The notes beneath the pieces were generated by a model, which had not been told where the DNA came from, did no database searches, and was given only the letters and a program-made list of their open reading frames with translations. Below, piece after piece: positions 50,568-63,559 of a DNA stretch of 64,000 bases (its first letter is position 1; each line of letters starts with the position of its first letter). Made by a program: the position numbers and the translations under genes. The stretch lies in NCBI RefSeq assembly GCF_963921235.1, contig NC_086118.1, positions 26,786,001-26,850,000 on the forward strand. Direction: 5' to 3'. Source of the stretch: Mobula hypostoma. Its lineage: Eukaryota.

Positions 50568-53500
50568 TAGAACATAGAACATAGAATAGTACAGCACAGT
50601 ACAGGCCCTTCGGCCCACAGTGTTGTGCTGACGCTCAAACCCTGCCTCCCATATAAGCCCCCAACTTAAATTCCTCCATATACCTGTCTAGTAGTCTCTT
50701 AAACTTCGCTAGTGTACCTGCCTCCACCATTGACTCAGGCAGTGTATTCCACACACCAATCACTCTCTGAGTAAAAAACCTTCCTCTAATATCCCCCTTG
50801 AACTTCCCACCCCTTACCTTAAAGCCATGTCCTCTTGTATTGAGCAGTGGTGCCCTGGGGAAGAGGCGCTGGCTATCCACTCTATCTATTCCTCTTATTA
50901 TCTTGTACACCTCTATCATGTCTCCCCTCATCCTCCTTCTCGCCAAAGAGTAAAGCCCTAGCTCCCTTAAGCTCTGATCATAATGCATACTTTCTAAACC
51001 AGGCAGCATCCTGGTAAATCTCCTCTGTACCCTTTCCAATGCTTCCACATCCTTCCTATAGTGAGGTGACCAGAACTGGACACAGTACTCCAAGTGTGGC
51101 CTAACCAGAGTTTTATAGAGCTGCATCATTACATCGCGACTCTTAAACTCTATCCCTCGACTTATGAAAGCTAACACCCCATAAGCTTTCTTAACTACCC
51201 TACCCACCTATGAGGCAAGTTTCAGGGATCTGTGGACATGTACCCCGAGATCCCTCTGCTCCTCCACATTACCAAGTATCCTGCCATTTACTTTGTACTC
51301 TGCCTTGGAGTTTGACCTTCCAAAGTGTACCACTTCACACTTCTCCGGGTTGAACTCCATCTGCCACTTCTCAGCCCACTTCTGCATCCTATCAATGTCT
51401 CTCTGCAATCTTTGACAATCCTCTACACTATCTACAACCCACCACCAACCTTTGTGTCGTCTGCAAACTTGCCAACCCACCCTTCTACCCCCACATCCAG
51501 GTCGTTAATAAAAATCACAAAAAGTAGAGGTCCCAGAACAGCTCCTTGTGGGACACCACTAGTCACAATCCTCCAATCTGAATGTACTCCCTCCACCACC
51601 ACCCTCTGCCTTCTGCAGGCAAGCCAATTCTGAATCCACCTGGCCAAACTTCCCTGGATCCCATGCCTTCTAACTTTCTGAATAAGCTGACCATGTGGAA
51701 CCTTGTCAAATGCTTTACTAAAATCCATATAGATCACATCCACTGCACTACCCTCATCTATATGCCTGGTCACCTCCTCAAAGAACTCTATCAGGCTTGT
51801 TAGACACAATCTGCCCTTCACAAAGCCATGCTGACTGTCCCTGATCAGACCATGATTCTCTAAATGCCCAGAGATCCTATCTCTAAAAATCTTTTCCAAC
51901 AGCTTTCCCACCACAGATGCAAGGTTCATTGGTCTATAATTACCCGGACTATCCCTACTACCTTTTTTGAACAAGGGGACAACATTCGCCTCCCTCCAAT
52001 CCTCCGGTACCATTCCTGTGGACAACGAGGACATAAAGATCCTAGCCAGTGGCTCAGCAATCTCTTCCCTCGCCTCATGGAGCAGCCTGGGGAATATTCC
52101 GTCAGGCCCCGGGGACTTATCTGTCCTAATGTATTTTAACAACTCCAACACTTCCTCTCCCTTAATATCAACATGCTCCAGAACATCAACCTCACTCATA
52201 TTGTCCTCACCATCATCAAGTTCCCTCTCATTGGTGAATACCGAAAACAAGTATTTATTGAGGACCTCGCTCACTTCCACAGCCTCCAGGCACATCTTCC
52301 CACCTTTATCTCTAATCGATCCTACCTTCACTCCTGTCATCCTTTTTTTCTTCACATAATTGAAGAATGCCTTGGGGTTTTCCTTTACCCTACTCGCCAA
52401 GGCCTTCTCATGCCCCCTTCTTGCTCTTCTCAGCCCCTTCTTAAGCTCCTTTCTTGCTTCCCTATATTCCTCAATAGACCCACCTGATCCTTGCTTCCTA
52501 AACCTCATGTATGCTGCCTTCTTCCACCTGACTAGATTTTTCACCTCACTTGTCACCCATGGTTCCTTCACCCTACCATTCTTTATCTTCCTCACTGGGA
52601 CAAATTTATCCCTAACATCCCTCAAGAGATCTCTAAACATCAGCCACATGTCCATAGTACATTTCCCTGCAAAAACATCATCCCAATTCACACCCGCAAG
52701 TTCTAGCCTTATAGCCTCATAATTTGCCTTTCCCCAATTAAAAATTTCCTGTCCTCTCTGATTCTATCCTTTTCCATGATAATGCTAAAGGCCAGGGAGC
52801 AGTGGTCACTGTCCCCCAGATGCTCACCCACTGAGAGATCTGTGACCTGACCCAGTTCATTACCTAGTACTAGATCTAGTATGGCATTCCCCCTGGTCGG
52901 CCTGTCCACATACTGTGACAGGAGTCCATCCTGGACACACTTAACAAACTCTGCCCCATCTAAACCCCTGGAATTAATCAGGTGCCAATCAATATTAGGG
53001 AAGTTAAAGTCACCCCTGATAACAACCCTGTTATTTTTTGCACCTTTCCAAAATCTGCCTCCCAATCTGCTCCTCTGTATCTCTGCTGCTACCAGGGGGC
53101 CTATAGAATACCCCCAATAGAGTAACTGCTCCCTTCCTGTTCCTGACTTCCACCCATATTGACTCAAAAGAGGATCCTGCTACATTACCCACCCTTTCTG
53201 TAGCTGTAATAGTATCCCTGACCAGTAATGCCACCCTGCCTCCCCTTTTTCCGCCCTCTTTATCTCTTTTAAAGCACTGAAATCCAGGAATATTGAGAAT
53301 CCATTCCTGCCCTGGTGCCAGCCAAGTCTCTGTAATTGCCACTACATCATAATTCTATGTATGTATCCAAGCTCTCAGTTCATCACCTTTGTTCCTGATG
53401 CTTCTTGCATTGAGGTACACACATTTCAGCCCTTCTACCTTACTGTCTTTACACCGTTTATTCTGCTTCTCTTTCCTCAAAGCCTCTCTGTATGTTAGAT

Positions 53501-53790
53501 CTGGCTTTACTCCATGCACTTCTTTCACTGCTCTATTGCTCTGGGTCCTATTCCCCTCACAAATTAGTTTAAACCTTCCCAAACCATGCTAGCAAACCTA
53601 CCTGCAAGGATATTGCTCCCCGTTGAGTTCAGGTGCAACCCATCCAATCTGTATAGGTCCCACCTTCCCCAGAAGAGAGCCCAATGATCTAAAAATCTAA
53701 AACCCTGCTCCCTGCACCAACTCCTCAGCCATACATTCAACTGCCATCTCCTCCAATTCTTACCATCACTGTCACATAGCACTGGCAGCA
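50568..53790 (-). mobile_element. Young CR1 LINE, same family; disrupted ORF2 plus the 3' part of the ORF1 SGNH-esterase domain
   Basis: ORFs 50635-51207, 51432-52691 and 53031-53342; DGLHLN motif in 53564-53791. Confidence 0.95.
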
Positions 53791-56700
53791 TTGTAGGCTG
53801 GTGATTCCTTTGTTCTCTTGATGGTGCTTCTTGTTCTTTGTTCTTGTAACATTTGATAAAATAGGCGTAAGCAAAAATACCTTATTCTTGACTTCTGAAG
53901 AACCTATGGATCACAAAAAGTTTGGTTTCTAATTACCAGTTTTATCTCTATTCCATTTTTGATCAAGGAAGGTACACTTGCAATTTTCCAGTTCCGTTCC
54001 ACCATCCCTGGACCTCTGCACCTGCCTTCCCCACTTTCCACAGTAACCTAGGATGCAGCCTATTTAGATCAGCTTATTCATTCACTTTAAATGCAGCTTG
54101 CCTTTCTGGTATCTCTTCAGCATCAATTTTCAGCCAAGCAGAATAGCAGTTCTGTCATACTTTGCTGAGAATCCAGGAGCATCTTCTTTCTTGATGAAGA
54201 TTGAGGGAAATAACTCAAGGAGTCTCAGCCATATCCAGCAACGCTTTTAAATAAGTTTCAGTTTTGGTCTCTGATTGTCCCCATCTTTCTCACTTACAAT
54301 CGTTCTCTGATCACATGCCCATTGAATACATCAGAATCCCTGCCTGCTTTTCAAACAACTGTTCCTGGTATTTCCCCTCTTGTGTTTTCACATCCAGGGA
54401 ACTGCTATGAACTTTATTTTTCTGTTATATTTGCTACACCAGATACTTTCACTTCGCAGGCTGCTTTTCCTTGGCACCTGCTCACCAGAAAGCTATTAGC
54501 TTTGTTCTTTTTAAAGTCATCAAATCTGCTTCCCATTCTGCCTTAACTCACTGAGACTCAAATTTAAACTCATCAGAAGCTTCCTCACCTCCACCCTTGG
54601 CCTGATCTTCTTTTGAATCTATGACTCTGTTTCCCATATTGATTGCTCTCAACAGGGCTGAGGTTTTATTTTGTACACTGCTTCCGCTCAACAGGACTCA
54701 GCTTCCCATGCTCCTTTTAATCTCATTGGAATTCTATAACAATCTCCTTTTAGACACAAGGGCTGTTTCTTCTTTTTTGACACTCCTTTGAAATCCTGTG
54801 AGAAATTGTTTTCCATGTTATATTTACCCTCACCAATAAATTAAGTAGCTAAAAAGTGCAAAAGCACACCTGCAATGGTAGTCTGTTAATTTTCTTCTTC
54901 TCAGCCCAGACATTATGGTCTCCTGGCTCCAAAAAAAAGGGAAGTTTTGTGCTGTAAAGTCATTGACATCAGTAATAATGACCCTCATAGAACAACACTA
55001 TTAAGCTTTACTTATTAAGCTTGAGTTGTATGTTGAGAACACTGATCCAATATATCTCCCCAAAAAAAAATTACATTGAATCAGAGAAAATGCACAAGAT
55101 ATATAATGACCATTGGGCATCAGGATTCATGGGGCGAAGAAAAAGACTGGAATGTATTTTTTTTAATTTGTGCTGCTTTATGCCAGAATATTTCATGAAT
55201 ATTAATTTTGCTACTTCCTTTTAAGCAATTACAGATAAAACAAACTAATTTTCACATTAAAGCAACACATGCACAAAACTGCTGTTGAGTTTACAGAATT
55301 TTGTTGATTTTATACAGATAAAGCTCAGACTGTGTGAATCCATTTCTTAACATTAGCACTTATAAATTTCTCATGTACAATCTCAAGTATAGAAAGGTTT
55401 ATTACAAAGTCAAAATGTTGTACAATTATTATTCATCCATGAGTTATACAGAATAAGATACCATTTTAGAATCATCTCTGGGCATCTGTTGTGGGAGTTC
55501 AAAATAATTGCCTTTTCTTGGTTCTAAATGGGTTTTGTGACTTAAAGTTTGCATTCTTGCCTCAATGATAAAGTAGGTATGTTCTTTACATTTGCAAAAG
55601 AATAAAATATTAAAGGTAGTTATTATATAAATTAATGACAAACATTAAGCTGCAAGGATGTGCAATTTTATAACACCAACAAATATGTTGCTCCCATATT
55701 CTTCCATGTTAATTTTGTATTGATAGATTGATATGGGAATAGTGTATATTGAGTGGAATACTTATTTCGCTCAATAATTTGGAGGCAATGAAACAACTTA
55801 CACAATACTGGGCAGAGCTATAATGGCACCAGAAGTCAGCTTCTTCAAGCTCATCTACAAAAGGTTTAATTTCTTCCTTTAATGTCTTTCTTCCCCCCTT
55901 TCAAAATGGATGGGGTCCTGTCAGAGTCCTCAATCTATAGCTGCACTCAAACTGTGGTTCTTTATGGAAATGATTCCCATTCTCGGGGTTCACTGACCAG
56001 CTGTTTTTCCAATATGGCAAGGACGTAGCCTGGAAGGCGTGTGCACGTTCGGGGTTCTAAGGCTCTATTCCATTCTTGCGTCGCCAACTGAAGCGTCGCA
56101 GCAGAAAACAGAACATCGCAAGCAATGGGTCAGCTGTCGGAAGCTTCTGTACTCTGATTGCTGTCGCTGGTGGGGAAGAACTCAGGGGAAAAAAGTGGTG
56201 TGGCAGACTATAACGTTGCAATCAGCAAGTTTTTTTTGTTTTGTTAGTCTCCCCAACAAAGAAAGGTGTCGCTGCATGACATCTCTCTGTCCCTTTATTA
56301 GGGAGAGAAAGAGCCTGTCACATGTCGAATTGTCCGGTGAATGAGTAGTTTTTGTTGTACTGCAGATCATGGTCTCTTTGGGAGGGGGGGCTTTGCTATT
56401 GCTTGCTTAGTGGGTAGTGGGTGCTGATGCTTTTTGCTGAAATAAGTGGAGTGTTGGGAGGGTTGATGCTTTGCTGCTGCTTGTGCATGGGAGGGGAAGA
56501 AGTGGGGCTTGGAGTTCTAATGTTTCTGCAAAGAGCACGAATTTCAGGTTGTACAATGTATACATTCTCTGATATTAAATGGAAACATTTGAACCAATAT
56601 GTTCAAAACCTGCAGGTACGAAAGAAAGACCAAACTATTTTTGAGGCCACTAAGTGTTTGCACTCAGAACACGTTACAAAACAACTGATGAACTTGACAG

Positions 56701-57471
56701 TTACAAAACTTTTTTAACTGAGTCAGCAGTTAATTGTCAGCAGCGCAACTACTGAACTTCAGAAGTGCACCTTTAAAATTAACAGATAATACCGATTTAA
56801 GAACTCACAGGACTCAAGTTCAAACCTAGAGGAACAGGATCAAAAAAATCTAACTTAAACTTCCACTAACTGATCCACCCAGAATTGCAGCAAAGCATTC
56901 CGTGGACTTAACATTGAATCAAGAGGTAGTCTTGTGGGTTCTCAATGTGAAGTGCTGTGTGTGTGCAAAGACAGATCTGAAAAGCACCAATGACTGTAAA
57001 TGACATGCAGTTCCATTCATGATTTCAAGGTTAAATATAGATTTAGATCAATAACAATTTCCCTTCCACACCTTGAAAGTATTACAAGAACAGAATAGAC
57101 CAGCACGTTCTAGAATTGAACTGTATTTGAGGAATTCTTCTTCTATCAATGAAGGTCTGCATTTCTCCATCTGAGATGATAACTTCTGACTTAATTATGA
57201 CCTTGTTTACACAATATATTAATTTGAAAGCAAGCATGAACAACAGAAACATTCAAGTGGCTTGTGTTTTCCACATCTCCTCAGATTTATCTGAAGGGCT
57301 GGATAATTACATTATTCAAGTCTATATTTCTTGCAGTGACAATGTCATGGTATAAAACATCACTGACCGATGTTTTGTCAGCCAAATTGCACCTTTGACA
57401 GACACTGCCAATGTTCCTTCGAGAAATTCGGAACTGGGGTTCCAAAACTTGGCTCTCCAGCACCAGCAGAC

Positions 57472-57713
57472 CTACCATTTGATGTCCACACTAGTCAGTG
57501 CCTCACTTAATACATGGTACTGTCTGTGCAGGACTTCATGAACTTTGGTGGAATTTCTTCCCTCCAACCATTCTTGGTAAAGCATTTGTACATGCAGATC
57601 AGTTTCTGGCAAGTGAACTGGTAGACTGCTGTACACATCCTCCATTTGATGAAGCAAATCCTTGTCCATTTTTCTACTTTCAGTCATGGCTTGACCTTTT
57701 CCATTGAGGCATC
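57472..57713 (-). CDS. NARF: NARF last coding exon
   Basis: ttgacAG acceptor; CLNGKGQA...SVDIKW then TAG. Confidence 0.94.
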
Positions 57714-60700
57714 CTGTCAAACCAATAAAAGAAATAAGAAATCAATGAAAAAATGTTTTTATTTTGAAAATTGTTAAAGACAAAACCAATAACCAAGCTG
57801 CATGTTACAATCTAATTAACAATTTTTCCCTCAGTCTCAGTGTACCTACTGAAGATGAGCCAAGATGTACCAAGTCTCTGTTCAAAAGGAAGAAAGATTT
57901 GTGACTGTTACTAAATGGACATTTATTGTATTATATGTATTATACTGAAGCGTGAGATTTTTACCTTTTCATAACTCTACATTCTAAGCAAAATTGATTT
58001 CTTTTCTAAGTCACCCAAAAGCTGCAAATCATTGCATTTGGAATTAAGTAGCCAGTCCTAATTGTTCATCAACATTATCTAGTGTAAATGCGATAGCAAG
58101 TTTAATTGTTAGAACTATGTTGAAGAGATGCTTTCAATGAGACTTAAATGGCTGATCCAATATATGCGTCCCTATCAGTGCTACTCCAATTACAAACCGT
58201 TTGTATTTCTCTAAACTACTCTTTGATGTGCCCAAATGGTGTGTTACAGCTTTATTTTATTGACTAATGGATTGCATAAACTTAGTAAAAGCTCTTTTTG
58301 ATCTGCATTTTTTTGAAAGCTGCACTAAAGTTATAAGTCGTAAACAAATTTCATACGAGAACACTACATTACATAATGATTACACTGAAGATGAATAAGC
58401 TCTTCTCTGGCTTCCAGCCGGGTACAGGTATCAACTTTCCCCAGCGTTTCAACAACAAACTCTGCCATCAACAGGGACGAGGTCTGGGCACGTCTGGTCC
58501 GGTGATATTCATACCCTGTCAGACAGACAATGGGGGTACAAATACCACTGTACTAGACGTGCCCAGGCATCATCCCTGATAATGGCAGAGTTTGTCATCA
58601 AAGTGTCAGTTAATACTTGCACCCGGCTGGAAGCCCGAAAAGAGTTTATCCATCATAAATGCTGGGAAAGCATTAGATCTTTTTTTAAAAAAATCATTGA
58701 ACACGTTTTCTTTATTTCCTTTCAAGTAGCTGTGTTACACAAAGCAATACATTTCCTTTACGTTCTACAGGTGAATGTTACATTGTCCCCTACTGTTAAC
58801 ATGATCAGGGTTTATTACAACAGAAAATGAAAACAATTCAAATACCATAAAATTCAAAAATGGCACCACTATCTTTAGCATAAATATTTTTGTACTATCT
58901 GCAGTAATAAACTAGGTAACTTCATTTGAATGAAAACCTGTGAAATTTAGCTTAATAGCTATGTGGATTTATTCAATAAATAACAATGTCTGTATTACGT
59001 AGGGTACACTATCCTTCTACCTTCACACAAACCCAGGCAATGTCCACTGACAAAGCAATCAACTATTGGGAAAAATGGCACAGTTGGTGCTACTCCCCAC
59101 CTTAATTATTATGTGCTTCAGAAAGAATGACTGAATTGCAATGAGAAACAAGCACCTTGGCTGATTTCACTATCAGAATTTGAGACATTAGGGTCAAAAT
59201 ACCTCAACTTCCAAACTAGCTAAAGTTAAACAAAGTAGTAAAGATTGAGAACGAAATTTGGTACTTGTTACATACATTGATACCCATAGTGGCTGTAGTT
59301 CATTAGGAGTTTGAAGAGTTTTGGCATGTCAACAAATACACTCAAAAACATCTACAGTTGTACAGTGGAGAGCATTCTGACAGGCTGTCTGGTATTTGGC
59401 CGGGGCGGGGGGGTGGGGGTGGGCGCGCTACTGCACAGAACCATAAGGAGCTGCAGAGGGTTGTAAATTTAGTCAGCTCCATCTTGGGCACTAGCCGACA
59501 AAGTACCCAGGACATCTTCAGGGAGTGGTGTCTCAGAAAGGCAGCGTCCGTTATTAAGGACCTCCAGCACCCAGGCCATGCCCTTTTCTCACTGCTGCCA
59601 TCAGGTAGAAGGTACAGAAGCCTGAAGGCACACACTCAGCGATTTGGGAACAGCTTCTTCCCCCTGCCATCCGATTCCTAAATGAACATTGAATACCTTG
59701 GACACTACCTCACTTTTTTTTTTTATAAAGCATACAGTCTTTGTTTTTTTTGCATGCTTAAAAATCTATTCAATATCTGTATACTGTAATTAATTTACTT
59801 GTTTATTTATTATTTTTTCTCTTCTAAATTATGTATTATATTGAGCTGCTGCTAAATTAACAAATTTCACGTCAAATGCCGGTGATAATAAACCCGATTC
59901 TGATTCATTACCAAAAAAAGGCGATCAGAAATTTAGGTGAAACTTTCTGTTCTTAAGAATGCTAGAATAAAATAGATTCAACATCTATTTACTCAATTTA
60001 ATTGTTAAGGACAAACAAAAAATTAGGAGTTGGCTATTTGACCCCTCAATCTTCATTCACCCAAAAGCCATGGCTGATCTGCCCTAGGGCTCCTCTCCTG
60101 TTTTCTGCTAAGTTCCTATAGACTTAAACTCAATAATTAAAAAATAATTGTCTTCTTTAAATGCCTCCACCATTCCAGATTCCCCAAGGCTGTAGAGAAA
60201 AACTCTGACGAAGGGTTTCCACCCAAAACATCACTGTTTGTTCATTTCCATAGATGCTGCCTGACCTGCTGTGTTCCTCCAGCATTTTGTGTGCTTTGCA
60301 AGGGAAATGAACAGTTGGCATTTTGGGCTGAGATCCTTCAAGACTGGAAAGGAAAGGGGCAGAGTAAAAGGAAAGGAGAGGGATAGGATCAGAAGCTGGC
60401 AGGTCAAAGGTGAGTCCAGGTGAGGAGGAATGTAGGCAGTGGGGGAGGGAGACAAAAGGGAATGATTTGAGAATATAGCAGATGACTGGTAGAAGTAGTA
60501 ATGGAATGCAAAAGGAGAAATTTAATGGGGTACAACAGTGAACCATGGAATAAAGGGGAGGAAGTATGGAACTAGAGGGAGGTGACAGGCAGATCATGAG
60601 GGTAGGGCGCGGTCATCAGAAAACAGAAACATTTATGTTCACGCCCTCAGGTTGGAGATGAAATAAGAGGTGTTGCTCCTCCAACCTGTGACTGGGCTCT

Positions 60701-63559
60701 TTGTGGAAGTAGAAGATGCTGTGGACATGCATCCAGTGTGCCAATGGGAAGAGGAATTGAAATGTGTGGCCACCAGGATATCCTGGCTGTTGACCCTCGC
60801 AAAACAGGAGTTTCCATGAACTGACAGTACACAGAATATGAAAGTTGGCATTGCATTATAATATTTTCTCTACATTCAATGCTGGTCATCTTGTTATTAG
60901 AAGCCTTACTTCCCAGAATTCATTTTCCTTCAGGAGAATATTATTCCCTAGATAAAGCAGTAGAATAAAATAGGCTGATACACTGCTGTAGCACATTAAA
61001 ATGGCTGAAAGAGAAATACATTACCGCCTGGACATGCAAGAACTTCAACAAAGTGGTAAGGAAATTTCCCTTTCTTCAGTTTTTGCACCATATTCTGAAT
61101 ATTCCTGAATCCATACGTGGCTGCGAATCGTAAAACAACCTCCCCGTCTTTTTCCAGCGTGACTTCTTGAAAGTCTTTATTCCTAAGCAAAAGCACAAAC
61201 TTAAAGCAAACGGCATACAAAATAAACTAGACTATTCAAAATTTGAGAACTCCCCTTCACTTCAAAAGTAGACTGAATAATACAAGTACAAAATGTGATC
61301 AAAATTGAAGACAGTAGCTTCATTTACAGCGCTTCTGTGCTTATATTGTGTCCCCTTATGAGAAAATATTTTAAAAATATTTTAAGAGTATTCTAGTAAA
61401 AATATTACTGATAATTTTCCAGCAATATGCTGTTGGCAAGGTACTTCCACTGCAGTCAGTATAAAAATATCCAGCATCTTAACTACACTACACGACCACA
61501 TACAGTAGCTAGTGTGCATTTACAAAATACATCTTTTGCCAAGTTACTCAGAAAGCACTTCCCAAACTCACTACCCTCATCACCAAGGAGGACAACAGCA
61601 GGCACATGGAGACATTACCACATCACATGAACGTGGATTTCTTGAACTTCCAGTAATTGCGCCCCCCCCAACTATTCCCCATTCCCATCTCATCTCATTA
61701 CCTGCCCCTCACTTCCCTCTGATACTTCTCCCCATTCCCTTTCTTTCATGGCCTTCTGTCTTCCACCAGATTCCCCTTTCTCCAGCTCTTTATCTTTCAC
61801 CAAATGACTTCCCAGCTCTTTACTTCACCCCTCCCTCTTTTCATTCATCATCTACTATCTTGTACTTCTTCCTCTCCTCCCCCCACCTTCTTACTCCCAC
61901 TTCTCATTTCTTTTTTTCCAGTCCTGCTGAAGGGTCTCAACTCAGAACGCTGACTGTTTACTCTTTTCCATAGATGCTGCCTGGCCTGCTCAGTTCCTCC
62001 AGCATTTTGTGTGTATTACTTTGATTTCCAGGATCTGCATATTTTCTCTTGTTTGAGACATCACCACTTGCAAGTTTCCCTTCCAAGTCACAGATCCTGG
62101 TGTGGAAATAAATTGGCTGCCTTTCATTGCCACTGATTCCAATTCCTAGAATTCCTATTGTATCCAACAATACTTCACTGTTCAGGAAAACAGTCCTCTA
62201 CCATCTTACTGAAGGCAATTAAAACTGGGCAATTACTGAGGGATTTGCAAGCAATGATCATATCCTGAAAAGGTGAATGAAAAAAATGGGACGCTGTACG
62301 CTAAACTTTCTGATACATATTGGAGAAAAATAAAAGTTTCACATTGCTGTCATGTACTCAGAAATTTTAGCCTGTGAAGTGTACAAATAGTCCCCAGGTT
62401 ACAAATTCCCAATCTACATACAGCCCACAGTTACAAATAAGCTTTCAGGGGAACAGTGGGACACATTTGCTAACAGTTGCAAGGTTGCAGGAATTTTCTG
62501 CCACCTGGGAACTTGTTTATGGTTGCACTTCTGCATTGGTCAGGTCATGAACAGATCTGGGCAGGTCCTTTATGGGGTGCAAATCATTGTACTCTGTCAC
62601 ATGGTGGTGTTACTCTTGGTTTATTGAAGTCAATGATATTGGATTTCAGAAATACTTAAACATTTATAGCAATAATCAGCATAAAAAAAAACAATCCTAT
62701 AATTCATGAACACAAACACGAGGAATTCTGCAGATGCTGGAAATTCAAGCAACACACATCAAAGTTGCTGGTGAACGCAGCAGGCCAGGCAGCATCTCTA
62801 GGAAGAGGTACAGTCGATGTTTCGGGCCGAGACCCTTCGTCAGGACTGCAGGACTCTCGGCCCGAAATGTCGACTGTACCTCTTCCTAGAGATGCTGCCT
62901 GGCCTGCTGCGTTCACCAGCAACTTTGATGTGTGTTGCTTGAATTCATGCCCAGGAATAGTCAAAATGAAAAGAAAGTTGCTGTATTTTGACTTTCCATG
63001 ACCTAAAATGTGCTTGAATGGTTTTAATCCAATTGCAAATGAATATACACAAGAATTTCAAAGCCATCTACAGCACTAGAACAATTTCACTCAAGGATCA
63101 AGGACCGCTAGACTAAAGTGGAAACAGTTACACTGATTCAGAGGACAGTTTATTTACCTTGGACACACTAGGTTTGTTAAATTTGTTAGACTATCAATGA
63201 AAACAATTTTACAGTTTCTGTATAATTACAGCAATTTAATCCATTTGCAAATCTTCTCTATAGGAAAAGTTACCTGAGTGTTTTGTAGATAATTTCTTTC
63301 ACTTCAATGCCAAAGATTTCCTTAGCAGCATATTTAAAAATGTGTTCCAAGAAGCCATCAGATCCTCTCCCATCATGCCTTGCAATAGCTACATCACTAA
63401 TTTCTTCAAATCTGCACCAAATAATATAGGTTATAATGTTTCTCATTAACAATCAGTAAAATTTTGAGGAAAATTAGGTAGCTTACAAATTGTCTGAACG
63501 TTTCGGCTCCACGTCTGTTAGCTGGAAACCTTTTTGATCCATCATCTGTGCGACTTCAC
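57472..63559 (-). CDS. NARF: Nuclear prelamin A recognition factor (iron-only hydrogenase-like), last four coding exons. Join: 63487-63559, 63274-63411, 61025-61182, 57472-57713
   Basis: In-frame GT-AG exons: GEVAQMMDQ...[21 protein letters not shown]...[31 protein letters not shown]...[15 protein letters not shown]...LYQEWLEG...DIKW*. The ending and motifs match NARF better than its paralogue CIAO3/NARFL, as recalled. Confidence 0.92.
58390..58654. mobile_element. Fold-back element of a second family with a degenerate hammerhead-like core in each arm
   Basis: Imperfect inverted arms at about 58390-58510 and 58542-58654. Confidence 0.7.
59290..59906 (+). mobile_element. Rex1/Babar-like LINE 3' end
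   Basis: [32 protein letters not shown]; tail aataaacccgattctgattc. Confidence 0.8.
60200..60830 (-). mobile_element. Old PLE 3' fragment (minus) abutting an oppositely oriented PLE tail (60200-60298)
   Basis: Degenerate [14 protein letters not shown] peptide; ctgacgaaggg tail motif. Confidence 0.7.
61025..61182 (-). CDS. NARF: NARF penultimate exon
   Basis: 158 nt; [19 protein letters not shown]...[10 protein letters not shown]. Confidence 0.94.
61630..62055 (+). mobile_element. Old PLE 3' fragment
   Basis: Pyrimidine-rich tract followed by agtcctgctgaagggtctc...gatgctgcctggcctgct tail. Confidence 0.7.
62709..62941. mobile_element. Fold-back insertion made of two inverted PLE 3' termini
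   Basis: About 90-bp near-perfect inverted arms; direct repeat AATTCATG at 62701-62708 and 62942-62949. Confidence 0.85.
62811..62848 (-). ncRNA. Minimal hammerhead ribozyme, sense to NARF pre-mRNA
   Basis: Minus strand CAGTC-CTGACGA-AGGGTCTCGGCCC-GAAA-C-ATC-GACTG. Confidence 0.65.
63274..63411 (-). CDS. NARF: NARF exon (3rd from last)
   Basis: 138 nt; [45 protein letters not shown]. Confidence 0.92.
63487..63559 (-). CDS. NARF: NARF exon (4th from last)
   Basis: 73 nt; tttc[31 protein letters not shown]; frame-compatible with the next exon across a 75-nt intron. Confidence 0.85.

Noticed and set aside
55200..57471. NARF polyadenylation site
   Set aside because: Several AATAAA-like candidates exist on the minus strand (for example near 56294, 55427 and 55398), and none can be chosen from sequence alone.
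62704..63001. Near-identical ORFs on both strands ([15 protein letters not shown]...)
   Set aside because: A by-product of the palindromic PLE terminus; there is no sign of coding function.
57472..63559. Assignment of the right-hand gene to CIAO3/NARFL
   Set aside because: The LYQEWLEG and DIKW ending and the [13 protein letters not shown] region fit NARF better, as recalled; a phylogeny would be decisive.
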